In this document: positions 24,844-38,016 of the stretch, piece by piece | Numbering within the stretch: position 1 is the first letter of the stretch | Layout of the letters: each line of letters begins with the position of its first letter | Source of the DNA: Mobula hypostoma | Taxonomy: Eukaryota | Length of the DNA stretch: 64,000 bases | NCBI RefSeq assembly: GCF_963921235.1 | Contig: NC_086107.1 | Coordinates: 101,186,001 to 101,250,000, forward strand | Direction of reading: 5' to 3' | Made by a program: the position numbers and the translations under genes | Notes under the pieces: generated by a model | Told to the model about the DNA's origin: nothing | Seen by the model: only the letters and a program-made list of their open reading frames with translations | The model's database searches: none

Positions 24844-25828
24844 GCATATCCAATGGGACTGGATGGATAGGGTATAAGGACACCCAGGGGTGGGGCATAT
24901 CCAATGGGACATGGATGGGCAGGGTATGAGGGCACCCAGGGGTGGGGCATATCCAATGGGACATGGACGGGTCGGGTATAAGGACACCCTGGGGTGGGGC
25001 ATATCCAATGGGACATGGACGGGTCGGGTATAAGGACACCCTGGGGTGGGGCATATGCAATGGGTCATGGATGGGTCGGGTATAAGGACACCCAAGGATG
25101 GGGCATATCCAATGGGACTGGATGGGTAGGGTATGAGGGCACCCAGGGGTGGGGCATATCCAATGGGACTGGATGGGTAGGGTATGAGGGCACCCTGGGG
25201 TGGGGCATATCCAATGGGACATGGATGGGTAGGGTATGAGGGCACCCAGGGGTGGGGCATATCCAATGGGACATGGACGGGTAGGGTATAAGGACAGCCT
25301 GGGGTGGGACATATCCAATTGGACATGGATGGGCAGGGCATAAGGACACCCTGGGGTGGGGCATATCCAATGGGACATGGATGGGTAGGGTATGAGGGCA
25401 CTCAGGGGTGGGGCATATCCAATGGGACTGGATGGGTAGGGTATGAGGGCACCCTGGGGTGGGGCATATCCAATGGGACATGGATGGGTAGGGTATGAGG
25501 GCACCCTGGGGTGGGGCATATCCAATGGGACATGGACGGGTAGGGTATAAGGACAGCCTGGGGTGGGACATATCCAATGGGACATGGATGGGCAGGGCAT
25601 AAGGGCACCCTGGGGTGGGGCATATCCAATGGGACTGGATGGGTAGGGTATGAGGGCACCCAGGGGTGGGGCATATCCAATGGGACATGGACGGGTAGGG
25701 TATAAGGACACCCAGGGGTGGGGCATATCCAATGGGACTGGATGGGTAGGGTATGAGGGCACCCTGGGGTGGGGCATATCCAATGGGACATGGATGGGTA
25801 GGGTATGAGGGCACCCAGGGGTGGGGCA
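24844..25828. repeat. G-rich minisatellite, 51-52-bp unit, ~19 copies (ggggtggggcatatccaatgggacatggatgggtagggtatgagggcaccc[t/a])
   Basis: atccaat recurs every 51-52 nt from ~24848 to ~25778; there are no unique spacers. Confidence 0.97.
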
Positions 25829-28159
25829 GACCTGCCACAGGGTACTGTATCTAAATGCAATGACTAAAGACCACTTAGGAACTTTTCTCCACCTTTTTCT
25901 CTCCAGTTTCCTTGCAGGTAGACCATTAGACATCGTAGCAGAATCAGGCCATTCAGCCCATTCATTCTGCCCCGCCACTGGACCATGGCTGATTTATTTT
26001 CCCTCTCCTGTCTTCTCCCCATAACCTTTGACGGCCTTACTCTGCTTTCAATGTACCCAGTGACTTGGCCTCCACAGCCACTGGTGGCAGCGAATTCCAC
26101 AGATTCATCACCCTCTGGCTAAAGAGATTCCCCTCATCTCTGTTCTTAAGGAACATCTTGTATTCTGAGGCTGTGACCTCTGGTTCTAGACTCTCCCTAT
26201 TGGAAACATCCTCTCCATGTCTATTCTGGCTAGGCCTTTCGACATCTGATAGGTTTCAAAGAGATCCTCCGCTCACTTTTCTAAACTCCCAAGGGCAGGC
26301 CCAGAATCATCAATTGCTCCTCATATGTTAACCCTTTCATGGCCAGGATCATTCTCATAAACCTCTGGACGCGCTCAAATGCCAGAACTTCCTTCTGTTT
26401 CAGTTTCTGGATACCACATCCCTCCCTTCATTGCCCTCCTGTCCAGTCACTATGCTACTTATTTACTATGTTCATGTTTTATTTTAGCAGAAAGAGACCA
26501 TTCAATCCATCAAACCCATGCTAGCTCTCAGAACAATTCCATGCCCTCACTAATTTTCCCTGCGCTCTATCCTTCTCACATTCAGGTTGACTTCCTCCAT
26601 TTTCGACCACCAGCGGCCAATTAACCCACAAAGCAGATTCCTGGAGTGTCCAGGGGAATCCCATACTGTCACAGGGAGAACGATGAAACTCCAAAGTCTG
26701 GATTGAACCCGGATCTCTGAAGCTGTGAGGCAGTGGCTCCACTCACTACCTCACCAAGGCACTCTGAGTCTCTTTCTGCCACTTCCAGTCTCTCCCCACC
26801 ATTCCCACCCTCACTCAGGAGCCTCTATCATCCCAACCTCTCCCAGTTGGCCCTGGCTGTTTCTGGTCATTCACAAGCCCTCCCAGGCTCTCTCAATGAC
26901 TCCTAGGCAGTTCCAAATGCTCCCCACCAACCTTGGCTTCTCTAAGTGTTCCTCGCTGCTCCCGGTCACTCCCAGCCGATGAATAGCTCCCAAATTGCCA
27001 GCAGAAGGAACAGAGCGAGTACAGGCAGAATAGAGATACCAGTGGACTCTTGTCTCGAAAGCAGAGTACACTGTGTAGTGTTGCCGGGGAATAATCCCTG
27101 GACCGTGATGTTTCCTAAACCGAGGTGTGAAGAGCCCCCATTGGGTTGCAGTGTGCACGCTCACTGGTACTGTCTGCTCTGCACTGACGCTCCCCCTTCG
27201 TGGCTCTGCCTCCCACTGACCTGGAGGGTAGCAGCCAACAACTAGAGTTCACCAGCCCCGTCGCTCCAACCACCCGATTATCTCCTGTGCTGGTGAGTCT
27301 AGTCAGTTGACTAGACAGTCCTGGACACCCAAACCACAGCCATCTCCACTCGTCCAGCTGCCGTCCACTGCCCAGCTTATCAGAACGTTCCATGTCTGGC
27401 CCCAGAGAGAGAGAGCCATCCCGTTGAATACTCAAGAGCTGAGATCTTCGGTTCTCTCTCCAACTCCTTCCTGTTCCCTCTCCAAGGCTGAGCTGTGGAT
27501 CCAAGACATCCCTACTGGTGAGATTCCCGCTTTCTGCCACTGTTGCCAGTCTTCACCCCCAACTTAACTGATCTTCTGAAGCCTTCACACCTTCCTCCTC
27601 CCCCGTGCTGCTTATGGGTTCTTCCAAGACCAGGGTACCGATCCCACCCAGCCTGGAGCTCTTTCCAAACTGTGTGGTGTCACACCGCACCCTGTCTTCC
27701 TCATCTTAGCACCCGGCAGCCTCAACCCTCCCCATCGATGTCACCTCTCCTATTTCTGCACCCCTCCAATTCTCGAGCAACGCACACAAGATGGTGGAGC
27801 AACCCTAGTATCAGGCAGCATCTATGGAGGGAATAAACAGTCACTCTTTCAGGCTGAGACCCTTCACCAGGACTGCCAAACAGAGGAGAAAATCTTCAAG
27901 GTTGGCACGTCTCGAAAAGACTACACAATTGTTTGTTCCCATCCATAGATGCTGCCTGACTTGCTGAGTTTCGGTTTGTTGCTGAAGATTTCCCAAGTCT
28001 CATTCTCATCTCATTATTGCCCTGTAGAAGCCCAGAGCCTGCTGCAGCCCCTACCAAACTCTCTCCCTCCCTCCTCAACATTTGACCAGGATCAACGCCA
28101 ATTGCCTTAAAGTCACCTTAAGTGTCTTGTCGTTTACCAGGGCTGTGAAGCACATCATC

Positions 28160-28540
28160 ATTGTGTGCCGTGTGGTATGACATCATCATGATGTGCCATG
28201 TCATGATCTATCCATGACCATGATGGTTCTTGGCAAATTTCTCTACAGAAGCGGTTTGCCATCGCTGCCTTCTGGGCAGTGTCTTTATAAGACGGGTGAC
28301 CCCAGTCAATATCAATACTCTTCAGGGATTGTCTGCCTGGTGTGAGTGGCCACATAGACTTGTGCACCGGCTGCTCATTTGGCCGTCCACCGCCTGCTCC
28401 CATGGCCTCATGTGATCCTGATTTGGGGTGGGTGGGAGGGGTGGTGGTGCTATACCTTCCCCAAGGGTAACCTGCAAGCTAGTGGAGGGAGGAAGTGCCT
28501 TACACCTCCTTTGGTAGAGACGTAACTCCACCCCGCCACT
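28160..28540 (-). mobile_element. Non-autonomous RTE-derived element
   Basis: Minus strand contains gatggcaaaccgcttctgtagagaaatttgccaagaa (RTE/BovB-type motif) and a (tga)-rich tail. Confidence 0.5.
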
Positions 28541-30879
28541 CAAGAAGCATCTCAGGGGTTTAAAACTCTGAGGCAACATATTATCATAATGACCTACACC
28601 CTGGCCTTCGGCTAGTTCCTCTGACACAAATGCCTCTTGTGCTTGCAAAGTTACCAGCCCTCCCGGGACAGGAATGCCTTCTCTGTGAGTCTTGGGGTGG
28701 CCAGTTGTAAGTGAGGAACTCAAACTACACCCCCATCCTAGGAATTTTGAAGTCTTGGACTCCACCCTGCCTGTTACATTTATAAATGCACCCCCAGTAC
28801 TGCCTATTGCGTCCACAGTCCTGCAGGTTACAGATCAGGATGGAAGACACCCTCATTGCAATAAGTCACAACAGTGTGGCCTGGAGTGTGAAGCACTGGA
28901 GTGGCTGATAATGTATCAAAGAAGCTACTGTGATATGAAGCACGTGTAATATTCTAAAGAGTATTTTCATTGTAGACTAGCATATAAAATAAATTTGTTA
29001 AATATGAGTGAAACCTCGTGTGTGGCCAGTTTGTGTGTCAGCAGCTGAGGCTGTGAATGGGAGAGCGTGAATGGAAGAAATTGCTGAGGGACTCAATGGA
29101 ATCAAGCCTTAGCCCATTGTACCCCCAACGTCATAACCCTCGATCATTTTCACTCCTAGAGCCTCTCTCTCCCCTTTCCCCACTCCTCTCACATTCAGGG
29201 AAGGAAAACCTGCAGTGCCCAGGGGAGAGTATTACGAAGGAGCATAGCTCATGGGAAGGAATTTCTTCTCAAATATTCTCCTATTTCCTTACGACCAGGA
29301 AAGAAGCCATTAGGCCCTTCAAGTGTATGTTGGTTTATACAGCATCCCACAAGAATACAAGGAAATTGGAACAGGAGTTGTCAAAGTTCAAAGTAAATTT
29401 TATTATCAAAGGTCAAATACGTCACCACATACAACCTTGAGTTTCATTTTCCTGTGGGCATACTCAGCAAATCTATAGAATAGTAACTATAACCGAGGCA
29501 ATGAAAAATCAACCAGAGCACAGAAGATAAACTCTGCAAATGCAAATATAAATAAATAGCAGTAAATAACGAGACAAAATAACAAGACAAAGAGTCTTTA
29601 AAATGATCTCCATGGCAACGCCCTACAGCCTTGAATTCCTCAATCTTTTAAAAATGTCTCTACCTCCCGATGATCCAACCTCCACATCCCCCAATGCAAA
29701 GAAGTTCCTCCACTCCTCAACGTTAACTGACTGTCCCGTATTGTAACTATGTCCCCTCATTGGAAACTCTCATGATCTCTCATACACCAAAGATGAATTG
29801 ACTTTATTACTTGCATGTGAGGAGTAAAAATCCTTACATCTCCGTCCAAATGTGCAATGTGCAATTTATAGTAACTTATAATAAATAGTATGTACAACAG
29901 GACAGTCAGTATAACATAGAAATACAATTGTGTCAGCGTGAATTAATCAGTCTGATGGCCTGGTGGAAGAAGCTGTCCTGGAGCCTGTTGGTCCCGGCTT
30001 TTATGCTGCGGTACCGTTTCCCGGATGGTAGCAGCTGGAACAGTTTGTGGTTTGTGATGAATTCTTCATCCCTCAATTCGTCTCATCATATCCCTTGCAT
30101 TTTATTCGTTCACCTGCACTGAATTTTCTCCATAGCTGCCACAGAATAGTCTGCATTCTGTTTTTTTTTGCTACCTGGGTGTACTCACCAACTGTGATGG
30201 CACGATCTGTCTGGATGGAGTACAGACAAAAGCTTTTCACTCTGTCTCCGTGCATTTGACAAGGATAAACCATTATTCCAATGTTACATCTTGACACAGG
30301 CACTACTTTCACAAGCACTTTTATATAGAGCAGAGGAATCAGGAAATACAGGTCTATAGTTCCTTGAAAGTGGTGTCACAGATTGATAGGATCATAAATA
30401 TATTTGCCAGCAGGGTTGAAACTCCAAAACTCCAGATTAATACTTCTTTGCAAAATCCCTCTCATCCCAGGGATATCATAGGTCCCATTCTAACACACAT
30501 TAAGACTATAAGATATAGGAGCAGAATCAGGCCATTTGGCCCATCTCGCTCAGCCCCATTCTCCTGTTTTCTCTCTTTGTTCCTTCACGCCCTGACCAAT
30601 CAAGAATCTATCAACCTCTGCCTTAAATATACATAATGACTTGGCCTTCACAGCCGCCTGTGGCAAAGAATTCCACAAATTCACTACTCTCTCTGTGTTA
30701 TTCCATACATCCCTCAACTCCCCCCCCCCCACCGCCGCCGCCCCCAATTCTAGTACTAGCTGCCTACAGCAATGACAGTTTACAGCGGCCAGTTATCCTG
30801 CCAGTCCGGGTGTGCTGGAGATGTGGGAAGAAACCAGAACACCTGGGGGAAACCCCAGTGGGTCATAGAGAGGTTCGTG

Positions 30880-31900
30880 GTGAACTACAGCACAGGAACA
30901 GGACCCTCGGGCCATCTTGCCCGTGCCAGACTATTACTCTGCACCTGGACCATAGCCCTCCATAACGGAGCCCAAATTCACCACACGCTCACCACCCTCT
31001 GAGTGAAGAAGCTCCCCTTCACGTTCCCCTTAAATATTCCACCTTTCATCCTTAACCTAAGACCTCTAGTTCTCGTCTCACCAAACCTCAGTGGAAAAAG
31101 CCTACTATAGATAAACCCTATCTATACCCCGCATAATTTTATTTATATATAGGCATCCGTTAGCCTCGTGAGACCATAGATTTGCGTCTTGGAAGGTTTC
31201 CAGGGCGCAGGCCTGGGCAAGGTTGTATGGAAGACCAGCAGTTGCCCATGCTGCAAGTCTCCCCTCTCCACGCCACCGATATTGTCCAAGGGAAGGGCAC
31301 TAGGGCCCATACAGCTTGGCACCGGTGTCGTCGCAGAGCACTGTGTGGTTAAGTGCCTTGCTCAGAGACACAACACGCTGCCTCAGCTGAGGCTCGAACT
31401 AGCGACTTTCAGATCACCAGGCCGACGCCTTAACCACTTGGCCACACGCCAATGCGGTAATTTCATTTACCTCTATCAAATACAGGGAAATGTTTATAAA
31501 GTCCTAACCTATTCAACCTTTCCCTATAAGTCAGGGGCTCAAGCCCCAACAACATCCTTGTAAATTTTGTCTGCACTCGTTCGATCTTCTCGTTCCTGGA
31601 GGTAGGTGACCAGAACTGCACATACTACTCCAAATTCAGCCTCACCAACATCTTAGACAACTTTAACATAACATCCCAACTCCTGTACTCAATACTTTGA
31701 TGCATGAAGGCCGATGTGCCAAAGACTCTCTTTGTGACCCTATCTACCTGTGGCACCACTTTCAAGGAATTATAGATCTGCACTTCCAGATCCCACTGTT
31801 CTACCACACTCCTCAGTGCCCTGTCGTTCACTGTGCAAGTCCTACCCCAGTTTGTCCTCTCAAAGTACAACACCTCGCACTTGTCTGCATTAAATTCCAT
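30880..31900 (-). mobile_element. CR1 LINE fragment interrupted by a SINE
   Basis: ORF 31625-31936 MEFNADKCEVLYF...QSIEYRSWDVMLKL..LVR.NLE; 3' hairpin region near 30890-30960. Confidence 0.75.
31150..31446 (-). mobile_element. tRNA-headed SINE with CORE-like box
   Basis: Minus strand: A-box tggccaagtgg, B-box gttcgagcc, CORE-like gagcaaggcacttaacc. A near-identical + strand copy lies at 48006-48300. Confidence 0.75.
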
Positions 31901-33336
31901 TATGCAGACCATGGAAAGTGTGCAAACTCCAGACATACAACGTGGGAGGGTGGGATCGATCCTAGATCACTGGAGCTGTGAGGGAGGGGTGCATCTCAGT
32001 CCAAAATCCCAGCCCCTTAGGGAAAGGTTGGATAGATCCCATCTCTGCATCTGTAGGCAGCCTTCTTTCTGTCAAACTTTGAAAGGACTTCTTGACGGGG
32101 TCATCTCTCATTCCTCAGTACTCTGGAGGAGGTGGGATCCTTCCACATTAATGGGGTGCAACCCCTCACTCTGGGCTTAAGCTGAAAGCTTCTGTTGCCC
32201 CAATGTTTTTGGACCACAGTTGCTGCTGTGTTTCTGTTGCTTCTCCTCAAGGCCTACTGTTCGCTTCATTACTTAATCCTCTGCCCCTTTGCTTCTTTCC
32301 CTGACTGCCTCGTGCAGCCAGGTAAAGGGTTTCAACCTGGAATTTGACTGTCCCCCAACACTACACCCCCCCCCTCCCTGCCCGCCACCCCCATAGATGT
32401 TGACTGAGTTCCTCCAACATCTCTTTGAGAAGCAGCCAGGACCACATATGACTGTTGTGTAACAAGATTTGCATTGAAGTTAGTTAATGAGCTGAAACTG
32501 CCCACTGAACTCCAGAGAACACCGTCTGAACTGTGGATTCAACCACCTTGATCCTCTCATGCAATCAGATGAGACAGAAACAGGTCCTTCAGCCCATCAC
32601 ATCAATGCTGACCTTCAAGTGCCCATCCACGGTAATCCCATTCACCAGGGACACAAGGGATTCTGCAAATGCTGGAAATCTTGAGCAACACAGACAAAAT
32701 GCTGGAAGAACTCAGCATGTCAGGCAGCATCCGTGGAAGGCAATAAACAGTCGACGCTTGGCCCTGATAAATTGTCTCAGCCCAAAACATGTGCTGTCCA
32801 CTTCCCTGCATAGATGCTACCTGACGTGTTGAGCCTCAGAATTTTGTGTGTGAATCCCATTTACCACCTCTCTAGCGTCCTTTGTTACTAGTAGTGCACA
32901 TCCACGGTACAGGGCATTCAGTGGATAAAGAACAGGTGCCATTTTACAGATGTCCATAAATTTGATCATACAGTCAGAAAATACACTTGATATGGTAACT
33001 GTACCTCCACGGTATTGTATTGAATAGCATCAAGAGAACATCAGACTGACAAGAAAGAACAATCTTGTAGTGGGGAGAGAGAGAAGGGAAACTAGTTCTG
33101 CCACAACACACATAAAACAGTCTTGGCCCAAAATGTCAACTGATTATTCCTTTCTATAGATACTGACCTGCTGAAGTCCTCCAGAATTCTGTGTGTGCGC
33201 TCTGGATTTCCAGCATCTGCAGAACCTCTTGTTTTTAAAACTAATTCCGCCATTGTTAGGACAAACATATGTATATACATGTTGGATTTTTGAATTTAAT
33301 AACATTACAGGGTCTCGTGCTGCCAGGGTGTCAGTA

Positions 33337-34665
33337 ACCATATAACCATATAACAATTACAGCACAGAAACAGGCCATCTCGGACCTTCTAGTCCATGCC
33401 GAACTCTTACTCTCACCTAGTCCCACCGACCTGCACTCAGACCATAACCCTCCATTCCTTTCCTGTCCATATAGCCATCCACTTTAACTTTAAACGACAA
33501 CATCGAACCTGCCTCAACCACTTCTGCTGGAAGCTCGTTCCACACAGCTACCACTCTCTGAGTAAAGAAGTTCCCCCTCATGTTACCCCTAAACTTTTGC
33601 CCTTTAACTCTCAACTCATGTCCTCTTGTTTGAATCTCCCCCATTCTCAATGGAAAAAGCCTATCCACGTCAACTCTATCAATCCCCCTCATAATTTTAA
33701 ATACCTCTATCAAGTCCCCCCCTCAACCTTCTACATTCCAAAGAATAAAGACTCAACTTGTTCAACCTTTCTCTGTAAATTAGGTGATGAAACCAGGTAA
33801 CATTCTAGTAAATCTTCTCTGTACTCTATCTATTTTGTTGACATTTTCCTATAATTCAGTCACCAAAACTGTACACAATACTCCAAATTTGGCCTCACCA
33901 ATGCCTTGTACAATTTCAACATTACATTCCAACTCCTATACTCAATGCTCTGATTTATAAAGGCCAGCCTACCAAAAGTCTTCTTCACCACCCTAACCAC
34001 ATGAGATTCCACCTTCAGGGAACTATGCACCATTATTCCTAGATCCCTCTGTTCTACTGCATTCTTCAATGCCCTACCATTTACCAAGTATGTCCTATTT
34101 TGATTAGTCCTACCAAAATGTAGCACCTCACATTTATCAGCATTAAACTCCATCTGCCATCTTTCAGCCCAGACTTCTAACTGGCCTAAATCTCTCTGCA
34201 AGCTTTGAAAACCTACTTCATTATCCACAACTCCACCTATCTTAGTATCATCTGCATACTTACTCATCCAATTTACCACCCGTCATCTGGATCATTAAAG
34301 TATATGACAAACAACATTGGACCCAGTACAGATCCCTGAGGCACACCACTAGTCACTGGCCTCCAATCTGACAAACAGTTTTCCACCACCACTCTGTGGC
34401 GTTTCCCATCCAGCCACTGCTGAATCCATTTTTACTACTTCAATATTAATACCTAACGATTGAACCTTCCTAACTAACCTTCCATGTGGAACCTTGTCAA
34501 AGGCCTTACTGAAGTCCATATAGACAACATCCACCGCTTTACCCTCGTCAACTTTCCTAGTAACCTCTTCAAAAAATTCAATAAGATTTGTCAAACATGA
34601 CCTTCTGTGCACAAATCCATGTTGACTGTTCCTAATCAGACCCTGTCTATCCAGATAATTATATA
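33337..34665 (-). mobile_element. CR1 LINE, 5'-truncated, with RT domain and 3' tail (frameshifted)
   Basis: ORFs with RSCLTNLIEFFEEVT...YMDFSKAFDKVPH, YADDTKIGG and FFTQRVVAVWNELP; (accatata) tandem tail at ~33337-33352. Confidence 0.9.
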
Positions 34666-35207
34666 CAGTAAGTCAGGTGTTTGCAACCCAGGTACAGCTT
34701 ATACTTTTTAAATATGTCTTGACCTCCACCACTCCTTCAGCCCGTGCCTTTCTGATTCCAACCACTCCCCAGGGAAGAAGGTTTGTTCCTCAAATCTCCA
34801 CGGCCTGGTATGGAAACACCAATGCCTTTGAATGGAAAACCCTACAAAAAGTAGCAGATCCAGCCCAGTCCATCACAGGTAAAGCCCCCTCCATCAATGA
34901 GCACATCTACATGGAGCTTTGTCACAAGGAAGCAGCATCCATCATCAGGGACCCCCACCACCCGGGCATGTTCTTCTCACTGCTGCCATCAAGAAGAAGG
35001 TACAGGAGCCTCAGGACTCACACCACTAGGTTCAGGAACCATTATTACTCCTCAACCATCAGGCTCTTGAACCAGAGGAAATAACTCTACTCGCCCTATC
35101 ACTGAACTATTCCAACAACCTACAGACTCACTTTCAAGGACTCTTCATCTCATGTTCTAGATTTTTACTGTTTATTTATTTAGTTTTTTATTATATAATT
35201 ATTTTTT

Positions 35208-38016
35208 CCTCACCTCTAGCTGGTAAAAGCTGAGGTACAGGCACTGCCAAGCACACTCATTTCTCAATTGTTAGAAACTTTCAGACTATTCCAGTGGTGT
35301 TTAGTATTGTTCTTCTCTGGATATTTACAAAAACATTGTTGTGGATGCTGAATTGTTTAATGCTATTGTGTAGTGACTTTGGGATGATACCCGTTGTAGA
35401 TATTACTACTGGGACAATGTATACTCTGGTCCTGTTTCATAGTCTTTCAGTTTCCTTTCTTAATTCAGCATATTTCTAGTGCTTTTACTTATTGATTTCT
35501 GTATGTTGTGTGTATTTGCAATGGCTATATCTATTAAATAAGTTGTCCTTCCTTTTTAATTCTGTGATATTATATCCAAAGTTATTATTGGTTGTGCTAA
35601 CTGTATTAATGGATCAGTTGTAATATAATTTGTAGGACTCTGACTCTAAAATTGGTTCAGGTTTGTATTTATACTGTAATAAGGTGTGGTGTCTTTTATG
35701 AGTTTGTATTTTAAAGTAAGATTTTGGTGAGTAATGTTTGCCACTTGATTGTACCTGTGTAAGTAATCAGGTTGAGTTAAACTGCTACAGGATCCTGTAA
35801 TAAGTTAGATTGTTTCTGGTTTCTCTCGGCATTTTCTGCATTTATCATCTTGAATTTGTTGATCTTTTATTATGTAGTTTTGATATTTTTTTGTGTTGGT
35901 CACCTGGTCCTGTATTTCCACAAGAAACCACTCTTTTTTTTGAGAAGAGGTCTCCAACTCTGAGCTAGGCATTTGACACTTCCTTGTTGACATCTAGTCT
36001 ACTCAGATCATGGGGATGTCTTCCATGAAGGGTCATGCTCTTCCATTGGTTAACTTTTTCATCTACAGTGATAATTTCTTCATTTTTCTGGGTTGTGCTT
36101 TCATTTAAGTTTAGTGGTGTGTCCTTACCAGAATTGCATATGCTCATGTGGAGTGCTGAATTCTGGTTTCGTAGATGAAAATATATCCTTAGAAGTTTTA
36201 TCAGATTGTTTTGTAAATCTTTAATGTCTGTTATTCCTCTTCTTCCTTCTGTCCTAGATAGGGTTAATCTAAGTACATTCAAGTGTACATCATGTTTTCT
36301 AAAATTTGTCATTTCAGCTCTTATTTTTCTTTGTAAAATTTCCAGATCAGTTTCAGACCAAGATATTACGCCAAAAAGAATATGTTAATATTTTTGTTGC
36401 CTTTTTATATTTTTACTATTGAGTTCTGTTTGGCAGATTTTCTTAAGTAAATTTGTTTAAAGTTTTCACTTTATCACACTATGTTCTATTTTCTTTGCTT
36501 ATTGATATCCCAGATACTCATACCCTATAACTGGTTGCATTTTATATTCTGCTAGCTCTGTTGCAACTTTCCCTATGTTTAATGTTCTGCACTTCTCCAG
36601 TCCAAACTTCATGTTTATATCTTTAGAAAGTAGTTCTACTATTCGAATTAATTGCTTTAGCTTTACTGATGAAGGAGTGTATCATTTCAAATCATCCATG
36701 TCTAAAAGGTGTGCCAGGGTACAACTCGTTTGGTTGTCTCTGATTTGATACCAATTTTTCATCCGATTCAGCAAATTAGAGAGTGGGTTTAAAGCTAGAC
36801 AGAACCATAGCAGGCTTAGAGAGTTGGCCTGGAAAATGCCTCAGTTTATTTTGATAACAGTGGTCGTTTTTTTTGGTTATTAATAGATAGGGTGATTATA
36901 GTACATCAATGTTGCATCAGATGTTGGAATTTCACAAGTATTGGGTGTAGTTTATATACTTTAAAAACTTCTATCAACCATGAGTATGGGACAGAGTCAA
37001 ATGCCTTTTGGTAGTCAATATAACGACATGAAAAATGTCTGCTTTTCCAATGGGCTTGATTTGGAATTATAGAATCGATTATCAGTTGTTCTTCACATCC
37101 TTTCATACCCTTTCAGCATCCTTTCTGCTCTTCAATGAGTTTCAATAGGTGTATTTAATGTCAGAGAAATGTATACAATATACATCCTGAAATTCTTTTT
37201 CTTTACAGACATGCATGAAAGCAGAGTGCCCCAAAAAATGAATGACATTAAAACACTAGAACCCCAAAGTCCCCCCATTCCCTCTCCCACACACAAGCAG
37301 CAATGACCCCCACCAGCAAAAAAGTATCAGCACTCTCCACTGAACACTCAAGTGTGCAGCGAAGCATCAATAAAGAGACAAATTTGCAGTACCCCAAAAA
37401 CATCATGTTCACCCAATAATTTGATACACCACAGGCTCTCTCTCTCCCTAATAAGGGAAAAAGAGATGTGTCCATTTCACAGTGAGAGGGGAGGCATAAC
37501 AAACAACTCGCCGGTTTATGATGTTCAAAGTCTGTAAATACATTGTGATTATCTAAGTGAGTGGTGATTAGTTGTGAGATACATGATGTTAGAATTTTAT
37601 ATATAGTTTGTAAACAAGTGATAGGACGATATTTTGATGGGTTATTTGTGAATTCTCCTTTAGGTAAGAGATACATTTTATCTGCTGTCAAAAATTCAGG
37701 CACTTTTTCAGGATTTTTAGAAAATTTTTGGTATGTATTAATAGTTAAAGATGAAGGCAAGTACATTTTTTATACAATAATTATGAATATGATCACTGCC
37801 GGTACTTTCCTAGTTGTGGGTATTTTTTTATAATTCTTTTAGTATATCCATTGTCACTTCAGGTGTTTGCATTTCTTCAATTGTGTGAGTGTGTTCTTTT
37901 CCCTCCCCAATCCAGCTTGCTTTTCTTGATTGAGTATCACCCTGTTTGACCAGATATTAAACCAAAAATTCATTATCTCTGTGTTTGTTGGTAATTCTGT
38001 GCTAGGGTTTGTCACA
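35208..38016 (-). mobile_element. R4/Dong-clade non-LTR retrotransposon (RT + CCHC + restriction-like endonuclease), decayed and 5'-truncated
   Basis: Minus-strand motifs: PSKYRPITCLQTIYKILTS, EEQKGC, YIDYQKAFDSVP, GIFQANSLSLLWFCLALNPLS, HLLDMDDLK, MKFGLEKC, CRKC..ETI*LITGSC, RYNQV, LIDIAI, KYAEL, VPVVISTTGIIPK. Confidence 0.85.
37137..37534 (-). mobile_element. Unclassified non-coding repeat inserted in the R4 RT
   Basis: Removing it restores DNHNVF-I-EEQKGC. Its end is the reverse complement of 41545-41645. Confidence 0.7.

Larger units (their letters stand above)
23655..29010 (+). other. TRIOBP: Probable non-coding terminal (3' UTR) exon of TRIOBP; 3' end uncertain
   Basis: A strong acceptor (ctctcgcccctcccctcgcag, ending 23654) follows the post-stop donor. 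Candidate poly(A) signals: ATTAAA 23824-23829 and AATAAA 28988-28993, the latter followed by GT-rich sequence. Confidence 0.45.

Noticed and set aside
24745..25978. Long Pro-rich ORFs (385, 257, 218 aa), or a CRISPR-like array
   Set aside because: These are translations of the 51-52-bp minisatellite, open in several frames. Units are contiguous with no unique spacers, there are no cas genes, and the context is eukaryotic.
33337..38016. Active autonomous retrotransposons
   Set aside because: Both the CR1 and R4 copies are 5'-truncated with frameshifts or stops, and the R4 catalytic and zinc-knuckle motifs are mutated.
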